DNA of 64,000 nt from NCBI GenBank assembly GCA_027334565.1, contig DAHWUP010000001.1, forward strand, positions 158,726 through 222,725, written 5' to 3'. Of this stretch, positions 1-9,072 are shown piece by piece. Numbering within the stretch: the stretch's first letter is position 1; each line of letters opens with the position of its first letter. The DNA comes from Candidatus Levyibacteriota bacterium. Its GTDB lineage: Bacteria; Patescibacteriota; Microgenomatia; Levybacterales; UBA12049. Below the pieces are notes generated by a model that was not told the DNA's origin, did not search any database, and was given only the letters and a program-made list of their open reading frames with translations. The position numbers were made by a program, and so were the translations under genes.

Positions 1-605
1 ATAACACCCTGTATAACTTTTATAAGCTCGTGCAACGCGGGGAAAAACCGACTTTGGATGAGATGATTAAAATTCTAGAAAAAGAATGGATAAATGAAGG
101 CTATAACAGCAAAAAACACGAACAAGAGAACATACAAAGAGCAGTAAAAACATTGAAAAATTTTTATAAATCGGAATGTAACCCTCCGGTAAAACCATTG
201 TCTCTGGAATTACCTTTTACTTTCACTCTAAAAGGCGGTGTTAAGGTTTACGGCAAGATCGACAGGATAGATCAAAAAGGCAATGGGATCGAAATCATCG
301 ATTATAAAACGGGCGAGGACAATCCCAAAGCGGATGTTGCACACGAGCTTCAACTTGCAATATACGCTCTGGCGGCGACTAAGGCGAAAGATGAAGTTTT
401 AAACCGCAGGGCAAAGAATATTACCCTTACTTTGCATTTCTTGGAGGGAGGCACCAAGAAATCAATGACTTTTACCAAAAAGGATTTAGATAAATTCGAA
501 AAGGAGTTATTGGAGAAAATCAAGGAAATCGAAAAAAGCGATTTCAAATGCAGCAAAAACATCCTGTGTAAAAACTGTGAATACAAGATATTATGCAATG
601 CATAA
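1..605 (+). CDS. C-terminal part of a PD-(D/E)XK (RecB/AddB/Cas4-like) nuclease domain protein; the gene continues upstream of the window
   Basis: The ORF is open to the window edge. It carries a GKIDRID...IEIIDYKTG motif typical of the D/ExK nuclease core. A C-terminal cysteine cluster CSKNILCKNCEYKILC (C-x2-C-x5-C) matches the Fe-S ligands of Cas4/AddB-type nucleases. Confidence 0.55.
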   Translation, partial: NTLYNFYKLVQRGEKPTLDEMIKILEKEWINEGYNSKKHEQENIQRAVKTLKNFYKSECNPPVKPLSLELPFTFTLKGGVKVYGKIDRIDQKGNGIEIIDYKTGEDNPKADVAHELQLAIYALAATKAKDEVLNRRAKNITLTLHFLEGGTKKSMTFTKKDLDKFEKELLEKIKEIEKSDFKCSKNILCKNCEYKILCNA

Positions 606-747
606 TATCATAGCCCCAAAGCTTGAAGGATAAAATTCTTTGTAACGCCTGACATTCCCCCCTTTTGTACCAACAGCATGAACATGCGAATATTTTGATA
701 CATATGAACTCGACTTCCGGGATGAAATTTGCTAAAATACACTCGAT

Positions 748-1134
748 CTTGCGGAAGGAGAGTTGCTACTGAGTACCGAAAGGTGCTTAGAGGAAAGTCC
801 AGACAGGAATAAGGACGGGGACGGAGCGTAAAGCTCCGGTTAGCAATAACCGGTGTTCCGATTTTTGCCTACATGTGAATCGGAAACGGATTTCGAAATG
901 ACGGAATCCGAGAGCAACAGAGACGAGTAGGGGTGAAACGGGCAATCCCACCTGCTGCAACCTCCGAATTGGTGCGTTAAAACTTTTCCTTTAAGGAGTA
1001 CCAAAAGATTGAGGGCATCCCGAAATAAACGGGGCGAGAACGACCGAATATCGTATCGAGATAGATTGCAACTTATAACCCTAAAGAGAAATCGAATAGG
1101 TTAAAAACAGAATCTGGCTTATTACCTTCCGCAA
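748..1134 (+). ncRNA. rnpB: RNase P RNA (bacterial type)
   Basis: GAGGAAAGTCCAGAC at 790-804 matches the conserved P4 5' strand GGAAAGUCCGGGC. The CCGGG to CCAGA change is compensated on the 3' side by ACAGAATCTGGCTTATTACC at 1107-1126 (consensus ACAGAACCCGGCUUA). AGGGGTGAAACGGGC at 929-943 matches the conserved GGGUGAAAnGGUG. A terminal P1 helix pairs CTTGCGGAAGG (748-758) with CCTTCCGCAA (1125-1134). The length is about 387 nt. TGcTAAAAT, an extended -10 element, lies at 730-738 just upstream. Confidence 0.6.
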
Positions 1135-1143
1135 CGATCATAA

Positions 1144-2175
1144 TTATTGCGCCTCGTGGTGAGTTATTTTTTCCAAGGAATATTCAAAAATTACCATTAA
1201 AATCCCTGCGATAGGAACCGCCAAAATAAGACCCAAGATTCCCGCACTATGCTCACCGGCAATGACCGCGAATAAAATTACCAAGGGATGAAGCTTGGTG
1301 ATCTTTCCCATCACATAAGGCGTAATAAAATAGTCTTGTATTTGCCTTAAGACAAAATAAATAACTATTACCGCAATTGCGATTTGGAACGGATCCAAAC
1401 CGAAATTGGCAGTACCTCCAAGATATGCCACTATTGCCGCAACGCCTCCTGCGACGATCGGTCCGATGATCGGTACTATTTCCGCAAAACCCGAGAAAAC
1501 CGCAAGGATCAACGAGAATTTAACCCCCAAAATAGTCAATGCGACAAACAGTACCAGGGAAACAAAAAACACCAGGAATAATTGACCTCTGAGATAACTG
1601 ACCAAGACGGAGTTTATTTTACGCAACAGTATATCCAATTCTATCCGGTAATTATGTGGAAAATAGTTCAATATCTTGTCAACCATTCCCCTCCCACCTT
1701 GTAAAAAATAAAATGCGGAAAAAAGAAAAATTATGAAACCAAAAATTCTTGAAAACACCTGCGGAAAAACGGAAAATGCGGAAGGATAACTAAAAGTGGA
1801 TGTCTTTTCCACTGTCGATAAGATGTCTACGACCGTCGGCCTAAGCCAGACAGGCATGTTATTGATTTGATTTTTTGCCGTCATTGTCAGCGCATAAACT
1901 TCATGGCGCAGTTCTTGGGTTTCTTCTCCTATCCTCTGTGAAAACAGTATGCCCGTACCGACAAATATAAAAATCAGTATAAGATAGATTACCGCTACGG
2001 AAAGAGTTCTCGGAAGTTTAAACTTTTCGGAAAAGAAGCTTACCACGGGATTAAAAATATAGGCAAATATCGCTGCGATAACAAAAGGAGTAAGGATAGC
2101 CCTTTCAATAAACAGAAACCAAAGCACAAAAAGACCGATTACGATTAGAAAAACCGACCTTAGTCTTAAAGTCAT
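1144..2175 (-). CDS. AI-2E family (PerM/YhhT-like) membrane transporter
   Basis: A 343-aa polytopic membrane protein whose hydrophobic helix pattern and length fit the UPF0118/AI-2E family. Confidence 0.5.
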   Translation of the reverse strand: MTLRLRSVFLIVIGLFVLWFLFIERAILTPFVIAAIFAYIFNPVVSFFSEKFKLPRTLSVAVIYLILIFIFVGTGILFSQRIGEETQELRHEVYALTMTAKNQINNMPVWLRPTVVDILSTVEKTSTFSYPSAFSVFPQVFSRIFGFIIFLFSAFYFLQGGRGMVDKILNYFPHNYRIELDILLRKINSVLVSYLRGQLFLVFFVSLVLFVALTILGVKFSLILAVFSGFAEIVPIIGPIVAGGVAAIVAYLGGTANFGLDPFQIAIAVIVIYFVLRQIQDYFITPYVMGKITKLHPLVILFAVIAGEHSAGILGLILAVPIAGILMVIFEYSLEKITHHEAQ

Positions 2176-2218
2176 ACCTAAGAGTATTATAACAAATCCT
2201 GGCTTATAATACTTACAA

Positions 2219-2500
2219 TTATCTGACTGCTTTCTTTAAGGTTTTGCCAGGGGTAAAGCCTGGAGCTTTGCGAGCCGCAATGGTAATTTTTTCTCCTGTT
2301 TTAGGATTTCTTCCCGGTCTGGAGGCTCTCTTTCTTACGGAAAATGTTCCAAATCCGGTTATCACTACCTTTTCGCCTCTTTTAAGTGAATCTCTGATTC
2401 CGTTTAGAAAAACGGTAACCGACTCTCGTGCGGCTTTGTTGGTCAGGTTACCTTTTTTTGCGACCAGTTCAATAAGGTCTTTTTTTGTCATTAAATTCAC
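2219..2500 (-). CDS. hup: HU family DNA-binding protein
   Basis: 93 aa with MNKKDLIE...GFGTF...RNPKTGE, the canonical HU/IHF signature. Confidence 0.9.
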   Translation of the reverse strand: MNLMTKKDLIELVAKKGNLTNKAARESVTVFLNGIRDSLKRGEKVVITGFGTFSVRKRASRPGRNPKTGEKITIAARKAPGFTPGKTLKKAVR

Positions 2501-2562
2501 CTCCTCCCGGGCCGATGGCCTGTTTTGATTTAGGTTAACAATACAATGTAATCAAATAGTTG

Positions 2563-3096
2563 TCAAGAGGAATCTTTTGGATAAATTCTATATTCCGCTT
2601 CATCAAGAACGTTTCCGGCCAAATTGATTTTTTTATATTCGTCTTCGATTACACCGCCTAAATACTCCGCGATCTTTCGGCTCGGGATGTTTCTTTTATC
2701 AACCGGATATTTAATATATTGGTAGGTAATATTCTCATCGATCCAATCCCTTAATCCTTTGACCGCCTCCCTGCCGTACCGATGACCGTGTGCTTTCTTT
2801 TTTATCCAGATACCCAATTCCGGCCTGTTTGAATTTAGTTTCGATGCGCCTGCGTGCCCTAAAAATTCATTGGTCTCTTTATCCAAAATTGCTACCGACA
2901 GTTCTAAACCGGATAGCATACCTTTGACCGCGGAATCAATAAAATGCAACGTTTCATCCATTTGTGCCGCCGGCTTTGGAAACATGTAAATGGAGATTTC
3001 GTCGGTAAATTCATTAAAAATTTCCGTAGCATATTTTCGTGAGGTAGGTACAAGTTTTAATCTGTCGGTCGTTATGACAACTTTTGTTAAATCCAT
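2563..3096 (-). CDS. GNAT family N-acetyltransferase (RimJ/RimL-like)
   Basis: 177 aa with an N-terminal VITTDRLKLVP motif and the pattern of the acetyl-CoA binding region of RimL-type GNATs. Confidence 0.55.
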   Translation of the reverse strand: MDLTKVVITTDRLKLVPTSRKYATEIFNEFTDEISIYMFPKPAAQMDETLHFIDSAVKGMLSGLELSVAILDKETNEFLGHAGASKLNSNRPELGIWIKKKAHGHRYGREAVKGLRDWIDENITYQYIKYPVDKRNIPSRKIAEYLGGVIEDEYKKINLAGNVLDEAEYRIYPKDSS

Positions 3097-3119
3097 ATAA
3101 AAATTATAACAAAAACCGA

Positions 3120-4364
3120 TTATGAAGAGAATTCGCTGGCGGTAGCCCTAAATTCGCGGATGGCGGTAACCTTGATCTCCCCGGGAACCGCTTGTGATTT
3201 TGCGACTTCGTCTCTAATTTTTGTGGCCACCACGGTTGTTTGTTCGTCGGTTAGCTTGCCAGGATCGATGATGACCCTAAGCTCTCTTCCGGCTTCAAAT
3301 GCATAAGCATCCTCAACTCCCTCGTGTTTTTTGGCTATTTCTTCCATCTCCGTCAACCGTTTGCCGTATTCTTCCACATCCTCATATCGGGCTCCCGGTC
3401 TTGCACCCGAGATCTGATCCGCAATATGCACTATCACCGACTCTACGGACGTGAACGGTTTATCTTCATGGTGCTCCGCGACGCAATTTACTACCGGTTC
3501 GGGAATGCCGTGTTTCTTAAGAAAATCAACTCCCAAAGTGACATGACTTCCCTCGCCTTCCAAAACTTTCCCGATATCGTGGAACAGACAGCCGACCCGA
3601 ACTATGTTTACGTTTGCTCCAAGTTCTTCGGCGATATGCACCCCGATCTTAACATCTTCTAACGTATGAACTATCAAATTTTGTCCGAATGAGGTTCTGA
3701 ATTTAAATCTCCCCAAAACCGAAAGCATGTCTCTTGAAAGATTGAAAACTCCTGCTTCGTGAGCCAGTTTTTCCCCTTCCTCAAACATAATTTTTTCGAC
3801 TTCCTTTTTGGCCTCTTCAACAATTTCTTCGATCCTAAACGGCTGTATCCTGGTATCTCTGATAAGTTTTTCAAGCGAACGTCGGGCGATTTCCCTTCTT
3901 ACCTGGTCAAATGACGAAAGCCTGATTACCCCTTCTTCATCCAAATCCACATCCACTCCGGTTGCCTGCTCAAAAGCCCTGATATTCCTTCCCTCTTTCC
4001 CGATTATCCTGCCTTTGATTTCTTCATCGGGGATCTTGACCACCGAAACGGTGTATTCCGCAATGAACTTCAAAGCACCGAAACGCATACTGTCCAGAAG
4101 TATTTCCTGAGCATTTTTATCGGAGGTTGATTTTGCCTCATCTTCTCTCTCCTTGATGATCTTGGCAACGGCTTTCGCTTCGTCCATCTCAAGCTGTTCG
4201 AACAACTCTTTTTTTGCCTGTTCTTCGGTCAGGCCTGAAGCGTTCTCCAGTTTTTCGCGATATTTTTCTTTCAGCTCCTCAAGCTTTTGCCTGTCTTGTT
4301 CAAGTTTCTCTTCTCTATCGAGAAGCTTTTTTTCCAGTGCTATTAAATCCTGATTGTTTGCCAT
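3120..4364 (-). CDS. rny: Ribonuclease Y (KH + HD domains), lacking the usual N-terminal membrane anchor
   Basis: It has a coiled-coil N-terminus, a KH motif (IIGKEGRNIRAFE) and an HD domain (LFHDIGK...HH). The N-terminus is hydrophilic (MANNQDLIALEKK). Confidence 0.85.
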   Translation of the reverse strand: MANNQDLIALEKKLLDREEKLEQDRQKLEELKEKYREKLENASGLTEEQAKKELFEQLEMDEAKAVAKIIKEREDEAKSTSDKNAQEILLDSMRFGALKFIAEYTVSVVKIPDEEIKGRIIGKEGRNIRAFEQATGVDVDLDEEGVIRLSSFDQVRREIARRSLEKLIRDTRIQPFRIEEIVEEAKKEVEKIMFEEGEKLAHEAGVFNLSRDMLSVLGRFKFRTSFGQNLIVHTLEDVKIGVHIAEELGANVNIVRVGCLFHDIGKVLEGEGSHVTLGVDFLKKHGIPEPVVNCVAEHHEDKPFTSVESVIVHIADQISGARPGARYEDVEEYGKRLTEMEEIAKKHEGVEDAYAFEAGRELRVIIDPGKLTDEQTTVVATKIRDEVAKSQAVPGEIKVTAIREFRATASEFSS

Positions 4365-4472
4365 ATCGTATTTTTTTAAGACAAAAGAAGACCCAAATTA
4401 ATGGGCTGACGGATAAGATGAATTTTGCAAGAAAAATCTATCCATATCTTTCCTTTTGTTCATTCAATTATA

Positions 4473-4949
4473 CTATTCTTCCAAAACCCGGTCAATAACA
4501 TCTTTAACGGTATCCCAGTCAAAACCCCTTGAAGCCAAATATCTCCCGAGTTTTTCGCGGATTTTAAATTTCTCCTTATCGTGTATCGTCCTTAATTTTT
4601 TTTCTGCCAATTTGAATGCACTTTCTTTATCCTGCCCACCGCTCTTGTTCATTGATTCATAATTCTCTATTATATCTTCCGCAATTCCTTTCATCTTAAG
4701 CTCCGATTTTATGATACGCCATGACCGGGGCTTAATTTCGGTATGTGATCTGATCCACATCCTGGCAAATTCTTCGTCGTTTATAAATTTATCACGCTTC
4801 AGGCTTTCGACAATTTTTTGTGCCGTCAAATCGTTACATTTCTTCCTTTTAAGGTAGCCACGCATCTCTTTTTCGCTACGCTGTCGTAAGGACAAAAACC
4901 TTATGGAGGATTTATAGAATTTATCGAATTCTTCCATTGTTCGGAACAA
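4473..4949 (-). CDS. recX: RecX regulatory protein
   Basis: 158 aa with a RecX-like helical repeat pattern, located immediately downstream of recA. Confidence 0.75.
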   Translation of the reverse strand: MFRTMEEFDKFYKSSIRFLSLRQRSEKEMRGYLKRKKCNDLTAQKIVESLKRDKFINDEEFARMWIRSHTEIKPRSWRIIKSELKMKGIAEDIIENYESMNKSGGQDKESAFKLAEKKLRTIHDKEKFKIREKLGRYLASRGFDWDTVKDVIDRVLEE

Positions 4950-4952
4950 TTA

Positions 4953-6047
4953 CTATTCTTTCGAGTCGTGGCTTTCAACTCCGACCTCAACCTGCGCCGG
5001 AGAATTCTTACTTTTGGTCATTATCTCTTCGACAATTCTTTTGGCAATTTCGGGTTTTTCTTTTAAATATAGAATTGCTGCCTGCTTTCCTTGCCCAAGC
5101 ATTGTTTCACCGTACCTGAAGAACGCCCCGGATTTTTGCACAATTCCCATTTCAACTCCGACATCCATAATTCCGCCTTCCCTTGAAATTCCGGTATCCG
5201 CCATCACGTCGAATTCGGCAATTCGGAAGGGTGCGGAAACTTTATTCTTGACGATCTTGGCCCTGTGCCTTGAGCCGACCACTCTGTCGCCTTCTTTAAG
5301 GCTTTCTATTTTGCGGATATCGATCCTGACCGACGCATAGAACTTTAGAGCCAAACCGCCGGTAGTGGTTTCGGGATTCCCGAACATCACGCCTATTTTC
5401 TGTCTTAGCTGGTTGGTAAAAATTACCACGGTTTTGGACTTTGATATGACGGCGGTTAGTTTTCTTAAAGCCTGCGACATTAACCTTGCCTGAAGACCGA
5501 TAATCGCATCGCCCATTTCGCCTTCGATCTCGGCGCGTGGCACCAATGCGGCTACGGAATCAATGACCAAAACGTCAACACCGCCCGAACGGATCAGCGA
5601 CTCGGCGATTTCCAAAGCCTGTTCGCCGGTATCGGGCTGCGAAATCAACAACTCGTCCAACTTTACTCCGATCCTTTCTGCCCATAACGGGTCGAGCGCA
5701 TGTTCGGCGTCGATAAACGCGGCTATGCCTCCGTGCTTTTGTGTCTGTGCGATAATGGATAGACAAACCGTAGTTTTTCCCGAGGCTTCGGGTCCGTAGA
5801 TTTCGATTACCCTTCCTCTTGGCACTCCGCCTACACCAAGTGCTAAATCCAAAGGAAGGCAACCCGTTGAGATCACCGACACGTCCAGTTTTTGTCCGAT
5901 ATCGCCAAAACGCATTATACTGCCACGGCCATACTGTTTTTCGATCTGTTCCATCGCCAGCTTTACAGCTTCCATTTTTTGGGAGTTCTCTTCGTGGTTC
6001 ACCGGAGCAGATTTTTCCGTTCTTGTCGAAGCAGCGCGCCTAGCCAT
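4953..6047 (-). CDS. recA: Recombinase RecA
   Basis: GPEASGKTT Walker [10 protein letters not shown], and L1/L2 loop motifs; 364 aa. Confidence 0.97.
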   Translation of the reverse strand: MARRAASTRTEKSAPVNHEENSQKMEAVKLAMEQIEKQYGRGSIMRFGDIGQKLDVSVISTGCLPLDLALGVGGVPRGRVIEIYGPEASGKTTVCLSIIAQTQKHGGIAAFIDAEHALDPLWAERIGVKLDELLISQPDTGEQALEIAESLIRSGGVDVLVIDSVAALVPRAEIEGEMGDAIIGLQARLMSQALRKLTAVISKSKTVVIFTNQLRQKIGVMFGNPETTTGGLALKFYASVRIDIRKIESLKEGDRVVGSRHRAKIVKNKVSAPFRIAEFDVMADTGISREGGIMDVGVEMGIVQKSGAFFRYGETMLGQGKQAAILYLKEKPEIAKRIVEEIMTKSKNSPAQVEVGVESHDSKE

Positions 6048-6178
6048 AACTAATAGCCCATTCTAATAATTTTCTATAACGATTTCAATATGACAAAGTG
6101 TATCAGAATGTTTATTTTTGCCGTGTTTGTAAGCAAAATCACATAACCTTAAACGTGTATTTATTATCATGAGCGGCA

Positions 6179-6745
6179 ATGAGAAAAATATATTTGTTTA
6201 TGATGGTAAGTCTTGACGGCTTTTTTGAAGGGTTAGACCACGATTTAAGCTGGCATAATGTCGATTTACAGTTTGAGAGATTTGCAAATGATCAACTTCA
6301 AAATACCGGATCAATTTTATTCGGGCGCAAAACCTATGAAATGATGGCCGGTTTTTGGCCAACGGAAAAAGGAGATACCTCCCCTATCACCCAAAAATAT
6401 ATGAACAGCATCCCTAAGTTTGCAATTTCACGAACACTTAAAAAGGCAGACTGGATCAACACAACGCTTATCAATAAAAATATTAAAGACGAGATTAACA
6501 AGCTGAAAAACGAAGAAGGAAAGGAAATCGCTATTCTGGGCAGTAACAATTTGTCTGTCGGATTACTAAAACTCGGGTTGATCGAAGAAATAAGAATAAT
6601 GTTAAATCCGGTGGCCATCGGCAAAGGCACTTTGCTATTTCAGGGACTAAATAAGTCCATCCGTTTTGAGCTTATAAGCCTTCGCAAATTTTCTTCGGGA
6701 AACGTTTTACTGATTTATAATCCGCCACATAGCCGTATTGCTTAA
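6179..6745 (+). CDS. Dihydrofolate reductase family protein (RibD C-terminal domain-like)
   Basis: 188 aa with MVSLDGFFEG...ILFGRKTYE, typical of the YwjB/RibD_C reductase family. Confidence 0.65.
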   Translation: MRKIYLFMMVSLDGFFEGLDHDLSWHNVDLQFERFANDQLQNTGSILFGRKTYEMMAGFWPTEKGDTSPITQKYMNSIPKFAISRTLKKADWINTTLINKNIKDEINKLKNEEGKEIAILGSNNLSVGLLKLGLIEEIRIMLNPVAIGKGTLLFQGLNKSIRFELISLRKFSSGNVLLIYNPPHSRIA

Positions 6746-6758
6746 TATCGGCCTGCTG

Positions 6759-6829
6759 TCGGGGAGCCGAGAATTGAACTCGGCCCACACGCACCCCATG
6801 CGCGCATTCTACCGATAAACTACTCCCCG
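6759..6829 (-). tRNA. tRNA-Pro (anticodon GGG)
   Basis: The reverse complement reads CGGGGAG-UA-GUUUAUCGGUAGAAU-G-CGCGC-AUGGGGU-GCGUG-UGGG-CCGAG-UUCAAUU-CUCGG-CUCCCCG-A. The 7-bp acceptor stem CGGGGAG pairs with CUCCCCG. The T-loop is UUCAAUU. The anticodon loop AU-GGG-GU has U33 and G37. The 5' end CGGGGAGUAG is identical to E. coli tRNA-Pro. CCA is not encoded. Confidence 0.7.
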
Positions 6830-6870
6830 ATAGCAAATGAATTATATCAGAAAATCAGCCGTTATTTAGA

Positions 6871-7365
6871 TTAAACCTGGAATAATATTTTATAATTTGC
6901 TCCTTTTCTACCCAAAACTGATTCAAAAAGCGTAATTTTATTTACTCTTTCTCTCCAACCGATCGCTTTAAACTTTATATCCTCCAGCTTTTTACCGTCT
7001 TTAAACCGCGCGACAGTAATATGAGCCTTGAACCCAGTTTGGTTTCCGTGAGGGAACATTCCTCTTAGACTTTTTAAAAGTTTAAAAATTTGTACGGGTG
7101 GGTTCGAACTTTCTATCCAGATTACCTTATTTTTGAAATTAACATTAAACTTATCAAAAACCAACTCACATTCTCCAAATTGAATTTGTTTTAAAAGCGC
7201 AACGGGAAGTTCGGTATTTTCTTCATACCAGGGAGGGATCAGGGTAAGATGTAAATTATCAGGTTTTATGAATCTGACTTTAAGCTTTTTATTTTTTTCC
7301 TGCCATTTCGTGATCTTGCCGGAAAGCTTTTCGGATGATTTGATCCCGATAAATACTCTTGTCAT
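6871..7365 (-). CDS. 2H phosphoesterase superfamily protein (LigT/ThpR-like RNA 2',3'-cyclic phosphodiesterase)
   Basis: Two H-x-T/S motifs (HLTL and HITV) are spaced as in the LigT family; 164 aa. Confidence 0.65.
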   Translation of the reverse strand: MTRVFIGIKSSEKLSGKITKWQEKNKKLKVRFIKPDNLHLTLIPPWYEENTELPVALLKQIQFGECELVFDKFNVNFKNKVIWIESSNPPVQIFKLLKSLRGMFPHGNQTGFKAHITVARFKDGKKLEDIKFKAIGWRERVNKITLFESVLGRKGANYKILFQV

Positions 7366-7751
7366 TATATATGAAACTCGAGTTGACCGTTTTTGAAAGT
7401 ATAGGTTTGAAGCCTGATATTGGAAATTCCGTCAATAAGTCTTAAGGCTTCATCCTTTTTTCCCTCGGGTACGATCAGATTGAGCAAAACACCAAAACCC
7501 GCGAAATGTTTCCATTCCTCAAGCTCCTCGGATGTCACGGTCTCCTCCGTTTCAACCTCCTCAACCAAATACAGGTTGTTATTCAGGTCCATTACCACTA
7601 CGTCGGGAAAATACGAGCCGGCGACGGAAAAATTATGTTCATCTCCGGGATTTTGGTAGGCGCGGACATCTCCCCGCTCTACCCAGGTTTTATAGGAAGT
7701 ACGGACAATCAGATCGTGTTCTCTTTGCTTCTCCTCGCTTCGTTTACTCAT
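7365..7751 (-). CDS. Hypothetical protein with an acidic C-terminal half; stop/start-coupled to the downstream LigT-like gene
   Basis: The 128-aa ORF ends 1 nt into the start of the 2H phosphoesterase gene. An FPDVVVMD...LYLVEEVETEE segment weakly resembles a PD-(D/E)XK core but lacks the lysine. Confidence 0.4.
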   Translation of the reverse strand: MSKRSEEKQREHDLIVRTSYKTWVERGDVRAYQNPGDEHNFSVAGSYFPDVVVMDLNNNLYLVEEVETEETVTSEELEEWKHFAGFGVLLNLIVPEGKKDEALRLIDGISNIRLQTYTFKNGQLEFHI

Positions 7752-7818
7752 CCTGTCTATATTGTACCAAAACTAAGCAAACGATACCTTGTTATAAGAG
7801 TTTCCAAAAAAAATGAAA

Positions 7819-8271
7819 TTATTGTTCAACGGGAAATCCGGCATTTACCCAAGCATCATATCCGCCTGTCAAATCATTTACATGCGCAAAACCTTTATTC
7901 TGCATTAATTGCATTGCGTTTTGGGAACAGCTGTCCGTCCGGCAATAGATCAGGAACCTGGTTGTTTTATCTTGGGCATCAAGATAATCGGAAAAATTCT
8001 GTGTTTGATTGAAATCGACGTTTTCCGCACCGGCAATATGGCCCTGGTCATATTCGTCCCGGGTCCGGATATCTATCAGCTTGGAACGGTTTTTGGCAAG
8101 GTCGGCGGAAAACTGTTGTGGACTTAAATGCGTGAATGGATTTTCATAACCGACAATTTGATCATTTATTTTTAGTGTTCCGTGTAAAAGAATGTTTGAT
8201 TGAATAAGTGCGGCGGCAATCAAAACTACAGCGATCAACAAAATAAATGCCGTTAAAATTTTTCGCATCAA
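7819..8271 (-). CDS. Rhodanese-like sulfurtransferase domain protein with an N-terminal membrane anchor/signal
   Basis: A hydrophobic N-terminus, a rhodanese fold, and an active-site loop YCRTDSCS. Confidence 0.7.
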   Translation of the reverse strand: MMRKILTAFILLIAVVLIAAALIQSNILLHGTLKINDQIVGYENPFTHLSPQQFSADLAKNRSKLIDIRTRDEYDQGHIAGAENVDFNQTQNFSDYLDAQDKTTRFLIYCRTDSCSQNAMQLMQNKGFAHVNDLTGGYDAWVNAGFPVEQ

Positions 8272-8292
8272 AGTTACCTAAAAGTATAACAC

Positions 8293-8595
8293 TTGACTAT
8301 TGTATTAGCAAATGCTAATATGTTCTATATGGCATATTCACCGATAGACGCGTTATCCAATCCCGTCAGAATAAAAATGCTTTGCTGCTTGTCAAAAAAA
8401 AGTCGTTGTGTCGGCGAACTCATCAGCATATGCGGACTTGCCCAGTCTGCCGTATCACAACATCTTATTAAGCTTAAAAAAGCCGGTCTGGTCAAGGCAA
8501 GAAGAAGCGGTAAATTCATTTATTATTCTCTTACCGACCAGAAAGTGGCCAAAGTTGCCAATCAATTAAACGTTTATTGCAAGGAGGTGAATTAA
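8293..8595 (+). CDS. ArsR/SmtB family transcriptional regulator
   Basis: Winged HTH pattern IKMLCCL...CVGEL...LAQSAVSQHL. Confidence 0.8.
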   Translation: MTIVLANANMFYMAYSPIDALSNPVRIKMLCCLSKKSRCVGELISICGLAQSAVSQHLIKLKKAGLVKARRSGKFIYYSLTDQKVAKVANQLNVYCKEVN

Positions 8596-8849
8596 TGAAA
8601 CCAATAAGTGTTAAATTATACTCTACTACTACTTGCCCTTTTTGCATGATGGAAAAGGCTTGGCTTGAACAGGAAAAAATAAAGCATGAAGTTTCATACG
8701 TAGACGAAAATATCGACGAGGCAAGAAAAATGGTAGCTAAAACCGGACAAATGGGTGTCCCGGTAACCGAGATCAGATACGAAAACGGAAAAGAAGAATA
8801 TGTAATAGGTTTTGATCAACGCAGGCTGTCTCAAATCCTTAAAAACTAA
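8595..8849 (+). CDS. Glutaredoxin-like (NrdH/Grx family) protein
   Basis: CPFC active site within a thioredoxin fold (VKLYSTTTCPFC). RBS AAGGAGGTG lies 5 nt upstream of the ATG at 8595. Confidence 0.8.
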   Translation: MKPISVKLYSTTTCPFCMMEKAWLEQEKIKHEVSYVDENIDEARKMVAKTGQMGVPVTEIRYENGKEEYVIGFDQRRLSQILKN

Positions 8850-8862
8850 GGAGGTGAAAAAT

Positions 8863-9072
8863 ATGTTTGGCAAAAACGAAAGTGATGTTGACAGAATAAT
8901 CAGAGCCGTCGTCGGGTTATTATTGGCAACGGCAAGCTTTATGTATTTAAGCGGGTGGTTACAAATCGTAGCTTATGTGTTAGCGGTCATTCTGCTATTT
9001 ACGGCTATCACGGGATTCTGTCTGATTTATAAATTATTCGGAATTGGTACGCTAAAACAAAAAAGTGTCTAG
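8863..9072 (+). CDS. DUF2892 (YgaP C-terminal-like) small membrane protein
   Basis: MFGKNESDVDRIIR followed by two TM helices; RBS AAGGAGGTG before the ATG at 8863. In E. coli YgaP this domain is fused to a rhodanese. Confidence 0.55.
   Translation: MFGKNESDVDRIIRAVVGLLLATASFMYLSGWLQIVAYVLAVILLFTAITGFCLIYKLFGIGTLKQKSV

Noticed and set aside
1384-1581. 65-aa + strand ORF rich in Arg/Asp inside the transporter gene
   Set aside because: Embedded antisense within a 343-aa membrane protein gene, with no support.
6746-6870. Possible integration hotspot or mobile element at tRNA-Pro
   Set aside because: No integrase, transposase, or direct repeat of the tRNA 3' end was found nearby. Flanking genes look like ordinary chromosomal genes.
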